A stretch of DNA of 64,000 bases from Myxococcota bacterium. Lineage in GTDB: Bacteria > Myxococcota_A > UBA9160 > JAFDDA01. The DNA lies in the NCBI GenBank assembly GCA_965228475.1, contig OZ245817.1, positions 1,408,001-1,472,000 of the forward strand, in the 5' to 3' direction. Each line of letters starts with the position of its first letter. Positions within the stretch are counted from its first letter, which is position 1. The notes under the pieces are model-generated. The model ran no database searches. It was not told the origin of the DNA and worked only from the letters and a program-made list of their open reading frames with translations. Positions 29,658-39,641 of this stretch are shown one piece after another. Position numbers and translations under genes: made by a program.

Positions 29658-30971
29658 CTAGCGGGTCCAACTCGCGCCGAGCCCAGCATCCCCGAAGGAG
29701 CGCTCGGCAGCAGGCTGGGCGGAAGCGGCCGCGTCGCCTTCGAGTTCCTGCACTCGTGCCAGCGTGAAGTGTCGCACGATCGGGGCGAGGGCGATGATCA
29801 GCCACATCGTCTTGCTCTTCTGCATGATGCTCGTGGCGCCCATGGTCATCGAGCCGAACAGCGCCATCTGCAGGAAGAGCGCGAGCGCCGCGAGTTCGGT
29901 GAGGGTCGGGTCGCGGAGCCGGCGCCTTCGCCGAGCCGTGCGGTAGGCCTGGCCGTACTGCATCCACGTCGTCAGCAAGATGATCATGTACGGGATGAAG
30001 CCGAGCAGTCCCATCTCCGCCAGGATGCTCATGTAGGAGCTGTGGACCACGTGGTGGATGACCTGGCCGCCCGGTTGTTTGTGCGACCAGAGCGTGAAGT
30101 TCAGGAGGCCGACCCCGGTGACCGGGTTGCTCGCGAACGCTCGCACGGAGAATTCGTACTGGACCATGCGAGCGCCGATCGAGCCGTCGGCGCTTCGCTG
30201 CCGGGCGTCGGTCACGGTCTGCAGGCGCTCGACGACCTCGGTCGGGGCGAAGAACAGGGCTCCGATACCGAGGAGCACGGCTGGGATCACGTACCGGATG
30301 GAGTCGATCCGGCCGGAGCGCAGCATCCAGAAGCCCCACATCGCCCCGCCTGCCAGGAGGGCGGACCTCGAGAGCGAGCGCAGGAGGCCGCCGATCGAGA
30401 TCGCAGCCGCTGCGAAGAGGATGGCCCGCTTGGCCCGGGAGGAAGTGCCGAGGCCCAGCCCGATCGCAATCGGCGCCACGATCGCCATGTCGATGCCGAG
30501 GACGTTGGCGTGACCGGACAGGCCGTAGGCCCGGCCGCTCCCCCCGACGCCACCCAGGCCGGTGATGGCCGCGGTGCTCGTCGTGACGCCGCCGAGGACC
30601 AGACCCCAGAGGAGGGTTCTGAGTATGCTGATGTCGTCGACCACGAAAGCGACGAGGAAGTAGAACAAGAGGATCGAGCCGTAGGTCGTGGTCTCGTTGA
30701 TCAGCCTCGCGGCTGGCACGCCCTGGACGAAACCCTGGAAGACGGAGATCACGATCGCCAGCCCGTAGGCCATGACCCACACGGAGGTCTGGTCGCTCGG
30801 GCGCCGCTTCTGACTCAGGGTAAACTCGACCGCCGCTACGATCAGCAGCAGGATCGTCGCCAGTTTGAAGGGCGACATGCCGAAAGGCCCGATGTTGAAG
30901 AGTGAGAACGCTGCGAGCGGCAAGGTGAACCCGGCCGCGAACAGCAGGAGCTTTCGGATGGTTCGGTTCAT
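29658..30971 (-). CDS. Wzy/O-antigen ligase family polymerase
   Basis: Multi-TM; RAYGLSGHANVLG, SLSRSA, NPVTGVG, HSSYMSILAEMGLLG. Confidence 0.88.
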   Translation of the reverse strand: MNRTIRKLLLFAAGFTLPLAAFSLFNIGPFGMSPFKLATILLLIVAAVEFTLSQKRRPSDQTSVWVMAYGLAIVISVFQGFVQGVPAARLINETTTYGSILLFYFLVAFVVDDISILRTLLWGLVLGGVTTSTAAITGLGGVGGSGRAYGLSGHANVLGIDMAIVAPIAIGLGLGTSSRAKRAILFAAAAISIGGLLRSLSRSALLAGGAMWGFWMLRSGRIDSIRYVIPAVLLGIGALFFAPTEVVERLQTVTDARQRSADGSIGARMVQYEFSVRAFASNPVTGVGLLNFTLWSHKQPGGQVIHHVVHSSYMSILAEMGLLGFIPYMIILLTTWMQYGQAYRTARRRRRLRDPTLTELAALALFLQMALFGSMTMGATSIMQKSKTMWLIIALAPIVRHFTLARVQELEGDAAASAQPAAERSFGDAGLGASWTR

Positions 30972-31108
30972 GGCGCTCGGCGGGTTGCTCTCCAAGGCTT
31001 CATCGGCCGACGGCGGGGTCCGATTGAGGCGGCCATGGTAACGCGCCCCTCCTTCACCGGGGTTGCGGGCTGCTTTCCCTACGCACGGCACCGGGGCCCG
31101 GAAGCGCG

Positions 31109-32449
31109 ATGAGCGGCGCGCGCTGGCTTCATCGGTTCTTCCGGGGGGCCGTGGTCTGGCGCCATGGGGTGTTCCCGGAGCTTCATGCGGGGGCCCTCGC
31201 GCGCTACGAGGGTGCCTCGGCCGACGCCCAACGGGCGCGGTCCTTCGAGCGGCTCCAGGCGGTGGTCCGCCACGCCTACGAGACCGTTCCGTACTACCGG
31301 GAGCGCTTCGACGAGGCCGGAGCGCACCCCGAGACCTTGCGCTCGGCCGAGGATCTCGCCCGCTTTCCGATCCTGGAGAAGCAGGACGTGATCCGTCACC
31401 GCGAGACGCTCTGCATCCCCGGTGCTCCCCTTGCCGGGCCGGACTGGGACGCCACGGGCGGAAGCACCGGCGAGCCCATGCGTTTCCTCCGTTCTCGCCA
31501 CTCGACGGCCGTGATGTATGCGAACGAGGCCCGGACCTGGCGTTGGTACGGCGTCGCGCCGGGCGCGCGCCTGGCCAACGTCTGGGGCGCCGACCGCGAC
31601 GTCTCGCCCGACGAGTCCGCGCTCAGCCTGAAGAACCGGCTGCTCGGCGTGTGTCAGCTGAACGCCTTCCTGGTGGACGACGAACGCTGTCGGCGCTTCT
31701 CCGAACTCCTGGAGGAGTTCCGGCCCGAGATCATCTACGGCTACGCCACAGCGCTGGCCCGGTTCGCCACCTATCGCCAGGAGCACGGGCTCGCCCCCCT
31801 TCCGGTGAAGGCCGTCCGATCGACGGCCGAGGTGCTGCTGCCCGAGCATCGCGAGCGCATCGAGCAGGGTTTCGACGGGCCGCTCTACGACTACTACGGC
31901 TCACGCGAGGCCGGGCCGATCGCCGGCGAACTCCCGGACGGCGAAGGGCTTCACGTGTTCTCGGACGTCACCCACGTCGAGATCGTCGACGAAGCGGGTG
32001 AGCCCTGTCCGCCCGGGCAGGTGGGCGATCTCGTCGTGACGAAGCTCCACGAGTTCGACATGCCCTTCATCCGCTACCGCATCGGCGACCGCTCGGCCTT
32101 CCTGCCGGGACCGGGCCGCTTCGGTCTGCCGCGCATCACGCCGCTCGAGGGCCGCGTGGGGGACTTCGTGCTCGCGCCCGGGGGCCGCGCCATCCACGGC
32201 GAGTTCTTCACGCACCTCTTCTACGGCGTCGCGGGCGTGCACCGCTTCCAGGTCCGGCAGCCCGAGCCCGACCGCCTGCGGATCCTCGTCGAGGGGGAGG
32301 GCGTCCCGGGCACGGAGCTCGAACGGATTCGCGCCGCTTCGGCGGAGCACTTCGGGGGCGAGGTCTCGATCGAAGAAGTCGCGGAGATCCGGCCGGGGAA
32401 CACCGGGAAGCACCGCTTCGTCCTACCCTACGACGGTTCGGGTGGTTGA
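31109..32449 (+). CDS. Phenylacetate-CoA ligase family (CapK-like) adenylate-forming enzyme
   Basis: HAYETVPYY, TGGSTGEP, YGSRE, MPFIRYRIGD, LEGR. Confidence 0.9.
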   Translation: MSGARWLHRFFRGAVVWRHGVFPELHAGALARYEGASADAQRARSFERLQAVVRHAYETVPYYRERFDEAGAHPETLRSAEDLARFPILEKQDVIRHRETLCIPGAPLAGPDWDATGGSTGEPMRFLRSRHSTAVMYANEARTWRWYGVAPGARLANVWGADRDVSPDESALSLKNRLLGVCQLNAFLVDDERCRRFSELLEEFRPEIIYGYATALARFATYRQEHGLAPLPVKAVRSTAEVLLPEHRERIEQGFDGPLYDYYGSREAGPIAGELPDGEGLHVFSDVTHVEIVDEAGEPCPPGQVGDLVVTKLHEFDMPFIRYRIGDRSAFLPGPGRFGLPRITPLEGRVGDFVLAPGGRAIHGEFFTHLFYGVAGVHRFQVRQPEPDRLRILVEGEGVPGTELERIRAASAEHFGGEVSIEEVAEIRPGNTGKHRFVLPYDGSGG

Positions 32450-32468
32450 ACCGATCCGAGGGGGTTCC

Positions 32469-35075
32469 ATGGGAGCGTGGCTCTTCGCGATGCGTCGGCT
32501 GACACCGGCTCGCGCGGCCCTGCAGCTCGCCTTTCTGGCCGCGGTCGCCGTCCCGGCCCTCGCTTTCGGCAGCGCCTGCGCCGGCTGTGCGCGGCCCGGC
32601 GGCGCTTCGGAATGCGCGAGCTGCCCGGCGGAAATCCGCGCGGTCCTCGAGGGCAAGACCCGCATCGTCCGTCGCACGCCGGAGCTTCCCACGGACTGCC
32701 TCGTCTTCGAGAGCGATCATCCGATGCTCCGCCCGGAGGGGCGCGAACGCTGGTCGGCCCCGCTCGACCGCGCCGAACTCGCCCACGCCGAACGCTACGG
32801 CCGCAAGCGGGTCGTGGCCGCGCCGGCCTGCGCCGATCGGGCGGGCAGCCTGCCGTCGCACGTCGTCTTCAGCCGTCCCCTGACCCCGAGCGAGCGGGTG
32901 CGCGACGACGGCTCGGCGAAGCCCATCGTCCGGGTCGATCCAGCGGCCCCGGGGTGTCTCGCCAAGCCGCGCGCGCCGCAGCTGCTTCGCGGCCGGGCTG
33001 CCTGCGGCCTGCGCGGCGCCGTCGAGGCGACGCGCGAGCTCGGTGGCGTGGTGATCGAAATCGCGGGGGGCACCTACGCCGAACCCCGGAGCCTGCGGCT
33101 CGGGCACGGGCAGGTCCTGGTCGCACGCAACGATGAGCCCGTCACCGTCACGGGCTGGGTCGACCTTTCGCGAGGGAACGGGCCTCGGCGGCCCTGGGTT
33201 CGCGCGTCGGACGGGCGCCTTGGAGGCCTGTTCGTCGTCGACTGGTCCGAGCATCAGTCCGTAGGCGGGTCGGACGCCAACCGGGCGCCCCTCGAGATCG
33301 ACGGCCGGAGCGTGCCGATGGCCCACCATTGGGAACCCGGCACGCGCGCTCCGGACGTGAACGAGATCGCGCTCTCGACCCACGACGCCGGGCGCGACGG
33401 CCCGGCCTTCATCCTGGCGAACCCCGGTCACCCGGCCACGTGCATGGATTCCGGCGTGAACGTCAAGTCGAAGGAGCATCGCTGCCTGCAGGGCGGCGTC
33501 GAGCTGGCCTGCAGCGAGTGCCGGCGCCGCGGGACGCCCGTCACCGCGCGTCAGGAGAAGGACGGCATCTGCCGCGCGCCGGCGAACGTGTGTGTTCCCA
33601 AGACGAACTGGCGCACCAGCAAGGCCGCCGCGCTCGATCTGTGCCGCCGGGAGCTCGGCGCAGGCGTGTCCCAGTGCCTGGTCCTGAAGCTTCCGCCCGG
33701 TCGCAGCCCCGCCGACTACCGCGTTCGGGCGTCGAACACGAGCCACGGCTTCCTGGTCTACAACGACCCGCGGACGCAGGCGACCGGGGTCGTCCTGCGG
33801 GGGCTTCGGCTCGAGAACTTCCCGGTCCGAACGACGCCGGCGGAGCGGGTCGACGTGCGAAGCGGGCTGATCGCCCGGCTCGACGGGCTCGAACTCGAGG
33901 CGACCCAGGTCTCCCTCCGCGGCGGGCACGCGGTACTCGAGAACAGCCACGGGGTTCGCGGCCGCCTGCGCGTGAGCAGCGGCAAGAAGCCGCTGCGCGG
34001 CACCTTCCTGCGCAACAACGTGCTCGAGCGCTACTACGGAAAACCCATTCAATGGCGGGACCCGAAACCCGGGACGCGCCCGGTCTCGCCCGCTTCACTC
34101 CATGGTCTCTTTCCGTTGTGCCGGACCTGCCCGGCCCCCACGCCCGGTTCCGGCCGGCCGGCCCTCTTCAGCGGTGAGGAGGACTTCGCGTCCTGGGATG
34201 GCTGGAACGGGATCCTCTTCAACGTCATCCGTCACGGGTCCGGCATCAACACCGAGGGATCGGGCAACCTGGTCGTCGTCGGCAACGCCTTCGAGAACGG
34301 CGGGGTCCAGGAGGGCATCATCGAACTCTGGCATCGTGCCGACCGCGTGTGGGTGCACCACAACTGGGCGCGGGACGGGATCGGGACGGGCGTCCAGATC
34401 CAGGGCCGGGTGACGGACCTCGTGGTGACCGACAACCAGCTGGTGCGGCAGCCGGGCCGCTTCGCGGACGGTGCCGGAACGGACCGCAGCGCCGAGGTCT
34501 GCGCGCGCCCGAACCGGCCGTGCGATGGTTCGCACTACGCGATCCTGTTCCAACCCAAGGGACAGCGCTGCGGTCGGGTGACCTTCGCCAACAACCTGGC
34601 CGTCGAGCCTCGCTTCGGTGGTTTCGCCTTCCACGGGTGCAACGACCTGACCATCCGCAACAACACGGTCGAAGGCGGGAAGCGTCCCTTCCTGATCGGC
34701 GCCTCCGAGATCCCCTCCCGCAACGTCCGGCTGATCGACAACGTGGCGATCGGACCCGTCGACACCGGGAAGGCCGCCCTCAGCTACTGGGAACGCGGCA
34801 CGCACCCGTTCCGGGCCGAGGAGTCGCGCGGCAACTACTTCGAGGGGTGCCGGGCCGGAGGGAAGGGTTGCCCTCGCATGCGCGGCGCCGCGCGGGTCGA
34901 AACGGATCGGGCCTGGTCGAGCCGTCCCGGTGCGTCGGGAGAGGTGCGCCGGGCGGTCGAGGGATGGGCCGGCCCCGACCGCTGCGGCGCCTCGCCGGAG
35001 GAGGCTTTTCGCCGGCCGGGCTTCAACGATCGGGCGGGACGTTGCGTGCCCGCTTCCGGTGCCCCGGCGCGTTGA
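32469..35075 (+). CDS. Large exported Cys-rich protein with right-handed beta-helix (pectin lyase-like) repeats
   Basis: Signal-like N-terminus; IAGGTY; repeats NLVVVGNAF / VWVHHNW / LVVTDNQL / VTFANNL / LTIRNNTV / VRLIDNV. Start uncertain (32442, 32469 or 32490). Confidence 0.72.
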   Translation: MGAWLFAMRRLTPARAALQLAFLAAVAVPALAFGSACAGCARPGGASECASCPAEIRAVLEGKTRIVRRTPELPTDCLVFESDHPMLRPEGRERWSAPLDRAELAHAERYGRKRVVAAPACADRAGSLPSHVVFSRPLTPSERVRDDGSAKPIVRVDPAAPGCLAKPRAPQLLRGRAACGLRGAVEATRELGGVVIEIAGGTYAEPRSLRLGHGQVLVARNDEPVTVTGWVDLSRGNGPRRPWVRASDGRLGGLFVVDWSEHQSVGGSDANRAPLEIDGRSVPMAHHWEPGTRAPDVNEIALSTHDAGRDGPAFILANPGHPATCMDSGVNVKSKEHRCLQGGVELACSECRRRGTPVTARQEKDGICRAPANVCVPKTNWRTSKAAALDLCRRELGAGVSQCLVLKLPPGRSPADYRVRASNTSHGFLVYNDPRTQATGVVLRGLRLENFPVRTTPAERVDVRSGLIARLDGLELEATQVSLRGGHAVLENSHGVRGRLRVSSGKKPLRGTFLRNNVLERYYGKPIQWRDPKPGTRPVSPASLHGLFPLCRTCPAPTPGSGRPALFSGEEDFASWDGWNGILFNVIRHGSGINTEGSGNLVVVGNAFENGGVQEGIIELWHRADRVWVHHNWARDGIGTGVQIQGRVTDLVVTDNQLVRQPGRFADGAGTDRSAEVCARPNRPCDGSHYAILFQPKGQRCGRVTFANNLAVEPRFGGFAFHGCNDLTIRNNTVEGGKRPFLIGASEIPSRNVRLIDNVAIGPVDTGKAALSYWERGTHPFRAEESRGNYFEGCRAGGKGCPRMRGAARVETDRAWSSRPGASGEVRRAVEGWAGPDRCGASPEEAFRRPGFNDRAGRCVPASGAPAR

Positions 35076-35180
35076 ACCGCCCCCTGACGGTTGAAGAAGC
35101 CCGCCGGCCGGCCGATAAGCGACAAGGCCCGAGTCGGCCGCCATGCTAGCTTCCCGCCTCGCCGGATCTGCCGAATCGCC

Positions 35181-36599
35181 ATGCCGATGAACCACGACGT
35201 CACACTCGCCTGGACCGAAGAACGCTACCCGCCGACGGGCCCGAGCGACGGCGACGGCCCGATTCATCGCCTGCTGGCTGCGATGTTCGCCGCCTCCGGC
35301 AAGGACGCGGAGAACCCGTTCGCGGGCCAGGTCTCGCGGGGCGAACGCGTCGTCCTGAAGCCCAACTGGGTCCTCCACCAGAATCCCGACTGCGACGAGA
35401 TCGAATCCCTCGTGACCCACACGAGCGTGATCGAGGCGGTTGCAGACTTCGCCGCACGGGGCCTCGAGGGCGAGGGCGAGATCGTGATCGGCGATGCGCC
35501 GCTCCAGAGCTGCGACTTCGCGGCCCTCTGCTCGAGGGCCGGCGTCGACGCCGCGGTGGAAGCCCTCCGGCAGCGCTGGCCCGGAATCGACTTCTTCGTC
35601 GAAGACTGGCGGCTCACCCTGCTCGAAGACATGGACGATGCGGCGCACGCCGTGACGGCGCACCAGCGGCAACGATCGGACTATGCCGAGCGCGTCGACG
35701 ACCGCTACCGGCTCGTCGATCGGGGGCGGGAGAGCTTCCTCGAGGACACGGCGGACTACGCGGACGGCTACCGCGTGACCTGCTACAAGCCGAGCATGAT
35801 GTCCGCGCACCATCGCCCGGGCACCCACGAGTATCTCGTCACGCGCCGGATCTTCGACGCCGACCTCTTCATCAACCTCCCGAAGATGAAGACCCACATG
35901 AAGGCGGGCCTGACCGGTGCCCTCAAGAACCTGGTCGGAATCAACGGCCACAAGGAGTATCTCCCGCACCACATCAAGGGGGGGTACTTCGACGGGGGCG
36001 ACGGCTACGCGCGAAGCGACCGATTCCGCCGCATGCACGACGATCTCTACGACTACGCCTGGGAGAACCAGCAGGAGCACTCCCCGCGTCGGCGTCGGAC
36101 GCTCGAGTTCCTCATGAAGACCGTCTGGCGGCTCTCCCGGCTGACGGGGGATTCGATCAGCGAGGCCGGCTGGAGCGGCAACGACACGATCTGGCGGACC
36201 ACGCTGGACCTGAATCACGTGCTCTTCTTCAGCGAGGAGTCGCCGCGACACCTGCTCTCGATCGCCGACGGAATCATCGCCGGCGAAGGGCAGGGCCCGC
36301 TGCGGCCGATCGCGAAGCCCGCCGGGTTGCTGCTCATGGGCGAGAACCCGGCCTACGTCGACGCCGTGATCGGACGCCTCATGGGGTACAACCTCTCGCG
36401 CATCCCCACCGTGCACAACGCCATCTACGACCGGCGTTCGCGCTTCGCAGGGCCGCTGCTCGATGCCTACGAGGTCACGACGCTCGCGCGCGACGGCGCC
36501 GTCGGACGCGCGCCGCTCGCGTCCCTGCCGAACCTCGACTTCCGCAAGCCCCGGCACTGGGAGCGCGCGGAGAGCGGCGAGGCCGTTCGCGCGGCCTGA
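35181..36599 (+). CDS. DUF362 domain protein (copy 2)
   Basis: VVLKPNWVLH, LVTH, IGDAPLQ, LPKMKTHMKAGLTGALKNLVG, DGIIAGEGQGP. Confidence 0.87.
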   Translation: MPMNHDVTLAWTEERYPPTGPSDGDGPIHRLLAAMFAASGKDAENPFAGQVSRGERVVLKPNWVLHQNPDCDEIESLVTHTSVIEAVADFAARGLEGEGEIVIGDAPLQSCDFAALCSRAGVDAAVEALRQRWPGIDFFVEDWRLTLLEDMDDAAHAVTAHQRQRSDYAERVDDRYRLVDRGRESFLEDTADYADGYRVTCYKPSMMSAHHRPGTHEYLVTRRIFDADLFINLPKMKTHMKAGLTGALKNLVGINGHKEYLPHHIKGGYFDGGDGYARSDRFRRMHDDLYDYAWENQQEHSPRRRRTLEFLMKTVWRLSRLTGDSISEAGWSGNDTIWRTTLDLNHVLFFSEESPRHLLSIADGIIAGEGQGPLRPIAKPAGLLLMGENPAYVDAVIGRLMGYNLSRIPTVHNAIYDRRSRFAGPLLDAYEVTTLARDGAVGRAPLASLPNLDFRKPRHWERAESGEAVRAA

Positions 36600-36604
36600 G
36601 GCCG

Positions 36605-38062
36605 CTAGGCGGGGTCCTTGCGGATCACCCGCAGCAGGACCATCGGCTCGAGCAGCCGGGTCGCCAGCAGGAACAGCCCGAACGCCACGAAGATTCCGGC
36701 CCGGAGCCCCATCCGCGGGAGGTCTTCGAGGTCGGCCGTCGCCAGGTGACCGGCCAGCACGACGAGTGCGGCCAGGCTGATCACCGCGAGCCGCCGCGTC
36801 TCGTAGGGGATCGGGTAGTAGCGGTGGGAGAGCACCCACCCCGCGATGCACAGGATTCCGTAGGAGAGCGCCGTCGCGGCGGCTGCGCCGTGGAAGCCGA
36901 AGGGCGGGATCAGCAGCCAGTTCAGGCCGAGGTTCGCGACTGCGGCGACGAGCACGCGAACCGGGAGCAGGAGCGTATTGCCCGTGATGTTCAGGCCGAG
37001 CTTGAGGAGGTCGCTCAACGCGAAGAGGAAGTAGGCGAACGCGAGGATCCCGACGGCCCCCGTCGCGGGATGGAAGTTCTCCGGGAAGAGCACCCGGACC
37101 GGAAGCTCGGCGAGCAACACCATTCCCGCGACCAGGAGCAGGCCTCCTGCGACGAACTGGGTCCCGAACCTGGCAAACTGGCTCGGGGCATCCTCCGGCT
37201 CCCGGCGAGCGATCTCGAAGTAGGCGCTCGGGAGCATGCCGAGCAGTGGGAGGAAGACCAACAGGTTGAGCGCGCCGGCGAGGCGGTCGGCGATGGAGTA
37301 GAGCCCGATGTCGGCCGGCTCGGCCAGGAACCGCAGGAAGTAGCGGTCCGAGAGGCTCAGCACGAAGAACGAAGCCGCGGAGCCCACCAGCGGCAGCCCG
37401 TATCGCAGCATCTCTCGCAGCTCGCTTCCCGAGAAGCGCGCGACGATGTGCCCGCGGACCAGGAAGAGGGCCAACGCGGTCGAGATCACCTCCGCCCCCG
37501 CGAGGCCGTAGATCAGACTCTCGAAGCCCCAGCCCAGCGGGATCAGCAGGTAGAGGACGATCCCCGCCCGGGCGAGGAAGTTCACGAGGCGGACCGCGCC
37601 CAGCGCACCGGCGCGGAACTGCGCCCGAAGGACCGACTCGCAGACCCCGGCCGCACCGTGCAGGAGGGTGACCGTCAGGCCGACGAGAACCAGACGCTCG
37701 TACTGGCCGTCGTCGAAGATCACCTCCGAGAGCCATGCCCGGCAGGCGGCGAGGACGCAGCAGAAGAGGAAGCCGCAGGCCAGCATGTACGCCAGGGCGG
37801 TGCTGCCCGAGATGCGCTGCGCCCCGGCGTCGTCCTGGTGGACGAAGTTGTAGCGGCGCAGGACGGCGCTCGGCATGCCCTGGCCGACGAGGAGCGTCGA
37901 GAGCATGACGCTGGTCGTGAGGAGTTCCGCGAGGCCGTAGTCGGCGGGGGTGAGGTACCGGGTGTAGACCGGGAGCAGCAGGAAGCCCGCGGCGGCCTGG
38001 ACGGCATTCGCGGCGGAGAGCACGGCGGTGCTCTTGATCAGCTTGCCGAAGGATTCACTCAT
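36605..38062 (-). CDS. wzx: Wzx-like polysaccharide flippase (copy 2)
   Basis: LLLPVYTRYL, YGLPL, SDRYFL, IGLY, GFHGAAAAT. Confidence 0.9.
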   Translation of the reverse strand: MSESFGKLIKSTAVLSAANAVQAAAGFLLLPVYTRYLTPADYGLAELLTTSVMLSTLLVGQGMPSAVLRRYNFVHQDDAGAQRISGSTALAYMLACGFLFCCVLAACRAWLSEVIFDDGQYERLVLVGLTVTLLHGAAGVCESVLRAQFRAGALGAVRLVNFLARAGIVLYLLIPLGWGFESLIYGLAGAEVISTALALFLVRGHIVARFSGSELREMLRYGLPLVGSAASFFVLSLSDRYFLRFLAEPADIGLYSIADRLAGALNLLVFLPLLGMLPSAYFEIARREPEDAPSQFARFGTQFVAGGLLLVAGMVLLAELPVRVLFPENFHPATGAVGILAFAYFLFALSDLLKLGLNITGNTLLLPVRVLVAAVANLGLNWLLIPPFGFHGAAAATALSYGILCIAGWVLSHRYYPIPYETRRLAVISLAALVVLAGHLATADLEDLPRMGLRAGIFVAFGLFLLATRLLEPMVLLRVIRKDPA

Positions 38063-39551
38063 CGGAAGCAGCGGAGCGGTCGGAACCGAACACGACCCCG
38101 GGGAGCTCGGCCCGAAGGAAGCGGTCGACGAGTTCGTCCGGCGGTGCGTCGGACCACACCATCCGCGCCTCGGGTCGCTCTGCGACCTCGGTGTAGAACG
38201 CGAGGAACTCGCGCATCGTCTCGGGGTCGAGATCCTGCTTGCGCTCCAGGATGACCTCCGGGTCGCCCAGCAGGACGACCATGTGATCCGGGCGCGGGTG
38301 GAGCCGCCAAAGGGCCCGGCAGAGCCGAGCGTTCCAGCGGACGCGGTGGTGCATCGAGCCGAGCAGGAGATCGTCGATGTAGCGGTCGGCGATGACCACG
38401 TGCCCGCGCATCTGGTCCCTGCGGACCCGGTAGAGCCGGACGGCGTACTCGAAGAACAGGAAGGTCAGGAAGGCGAGGAAGCGCAGCCGGTGGTAGGGCC
38501 GGAAGATTCGCCAGTAGCCCTCGGAGTGCCGGGCGACGCGGTCGAGCTCGGCTGCTTCCGACGGGGCGAGCGTGCCGCCGAGCATTCGCTTCAGGTGCAG
38601 GCGCGCGCCGACCGTTGCGCGGACGGGTGCTTCGCCCGCGGGCGGCGGGGACAGACTCCCGGCTCTCGGGATCTCTCTCTCGTGGACGCCGCCCGGGTAG
38701 AAACGCAGCAGGCGGTAGTGGCCCCAGGGGCCGAGGTAGATCGTCCGCGCCGAGAGTCCGGCCGTCTCCTCGATCGTGCGCTCGAGAAGATCGACGAAGG
38801 TGGACTTCCCCGTGCCATCGGCGCCGACCACGGCGATGAGCGGCCCGCGCCGGGCGAATCGCAGTTTGGCGAGGAGGCTCGACAGGCGGCCGTCGCGGTC
38901 GAACCGTCGGCGGGCCGGCAGGCGCTTCTCGAGCTGAGCGACGGTCGCCGCGCCGACCCTGGCGCAGGCGTCGGGCTGCTCCGCGAGGCTCTCGATCCGG
39001 TCCGCGATCTCCCCGCTCCAGATCTCGGCGAGCCCGACCGCCCGGAGCTGGCGGTCGATGCGCTCGAGATCGAGGGCGCCCGCCGAGAGCGTCCGGATCG
39101 TCCGGGCCTTCTCTTCGCGGATGCGCCCGCGCCGGATCAGCTCGTGGAACACGAGGTGGAGCACCGTGTCCTCGGGGCTCAGATGGTCGTAGCCGTCGGC
39201 CGCGACGCGGTGTTCGAGCACGTCGCGCGCGTCCAGGTAGACGAGGCCGTCCTGGACCATCTCGAGGTGGACGTCGATCACGTGGATCGCCAGGCCCGGG
39301 AGGGCCTTGAAGGCCACGAACTTGTGCTGGCCCGGGTCCGCGGGCGTCCGGGTGACGTAGCCGAGGTCTTCGAGCAGCCCGCGGAAGGTGCGTTCGTCGT
39401 CCGGGTGGACGAGCAGGTCGAGATCGCGCGGGGGCGGGTCGGCGAAGGGATCGTCGCGCAGGGCTGCCGCTCGGATGCTCCGGCTCCGGGTTCCCTCGAA
39501 CAAGGCCCGACTGGCTTCGCGCAGGGCTTCGTTCGCCGCGGAGTTCTTCAC
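38055..39551 (-). CDS. Nucleotidyltransferase-like domain fused to thymidylate-kinase-like P-loop domain
   Basis: N-terminal RDLDLLV..IDVH; C-terminal VVGADGTGKST, IADRYIDD, PDH, ILERKQD. Confidence 0.75.
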   Translation of the reverse strand: MKNSAANEALREASRALFEGTRSRSIRAAALRDDPFADPPPRDLDLLVHPDDERTFRGLLEDLGYVTRTPADPGQHKFVAFKALPGLAIHVIDVHLEMVQDGLVYLDARDVLEHRVAADGYDHLSPEDTVLHLVFHELIRRGRIREEKARTIRTLSAGALDLERIDRQLRAVGLAEIWSGEIADRIESLAEQPDACARVGAATVAQLEKRLPARRRFDRDGRLSSLLAKLRFARRGPLIAVVGADGTGKSTFVDLLERTIEETAGLSARTIYLGPWGHYRLLRFYPGGVHEREIPRAGSLSPPPAGEAPVRATVGARLHLKRMLGGTLAPSEAAELDRVARHSEGYWRIFRPYHRLRFLAFLTFLFFEYAVRLYRVRRDQMRGHVVIADRYIDDLLLGSMHHRVRWNARLCRALWRLHPRPDHMVVLLGDPEVILERKQDLDPETMREFLAFYTEVAERPEARMVWSDAPPDELVDRFLRAELPGVVFGSDRSAASDE

Positions 39552-39641
39552 GGCCCGGATTCTACCGAGCCCCGTTGCGCCCGAAAGACCAAGTTCCGGC
39601 GTGCGGGCGCAGCGCCGAAGCCGCCCGGAGGAGGCGTCGCG

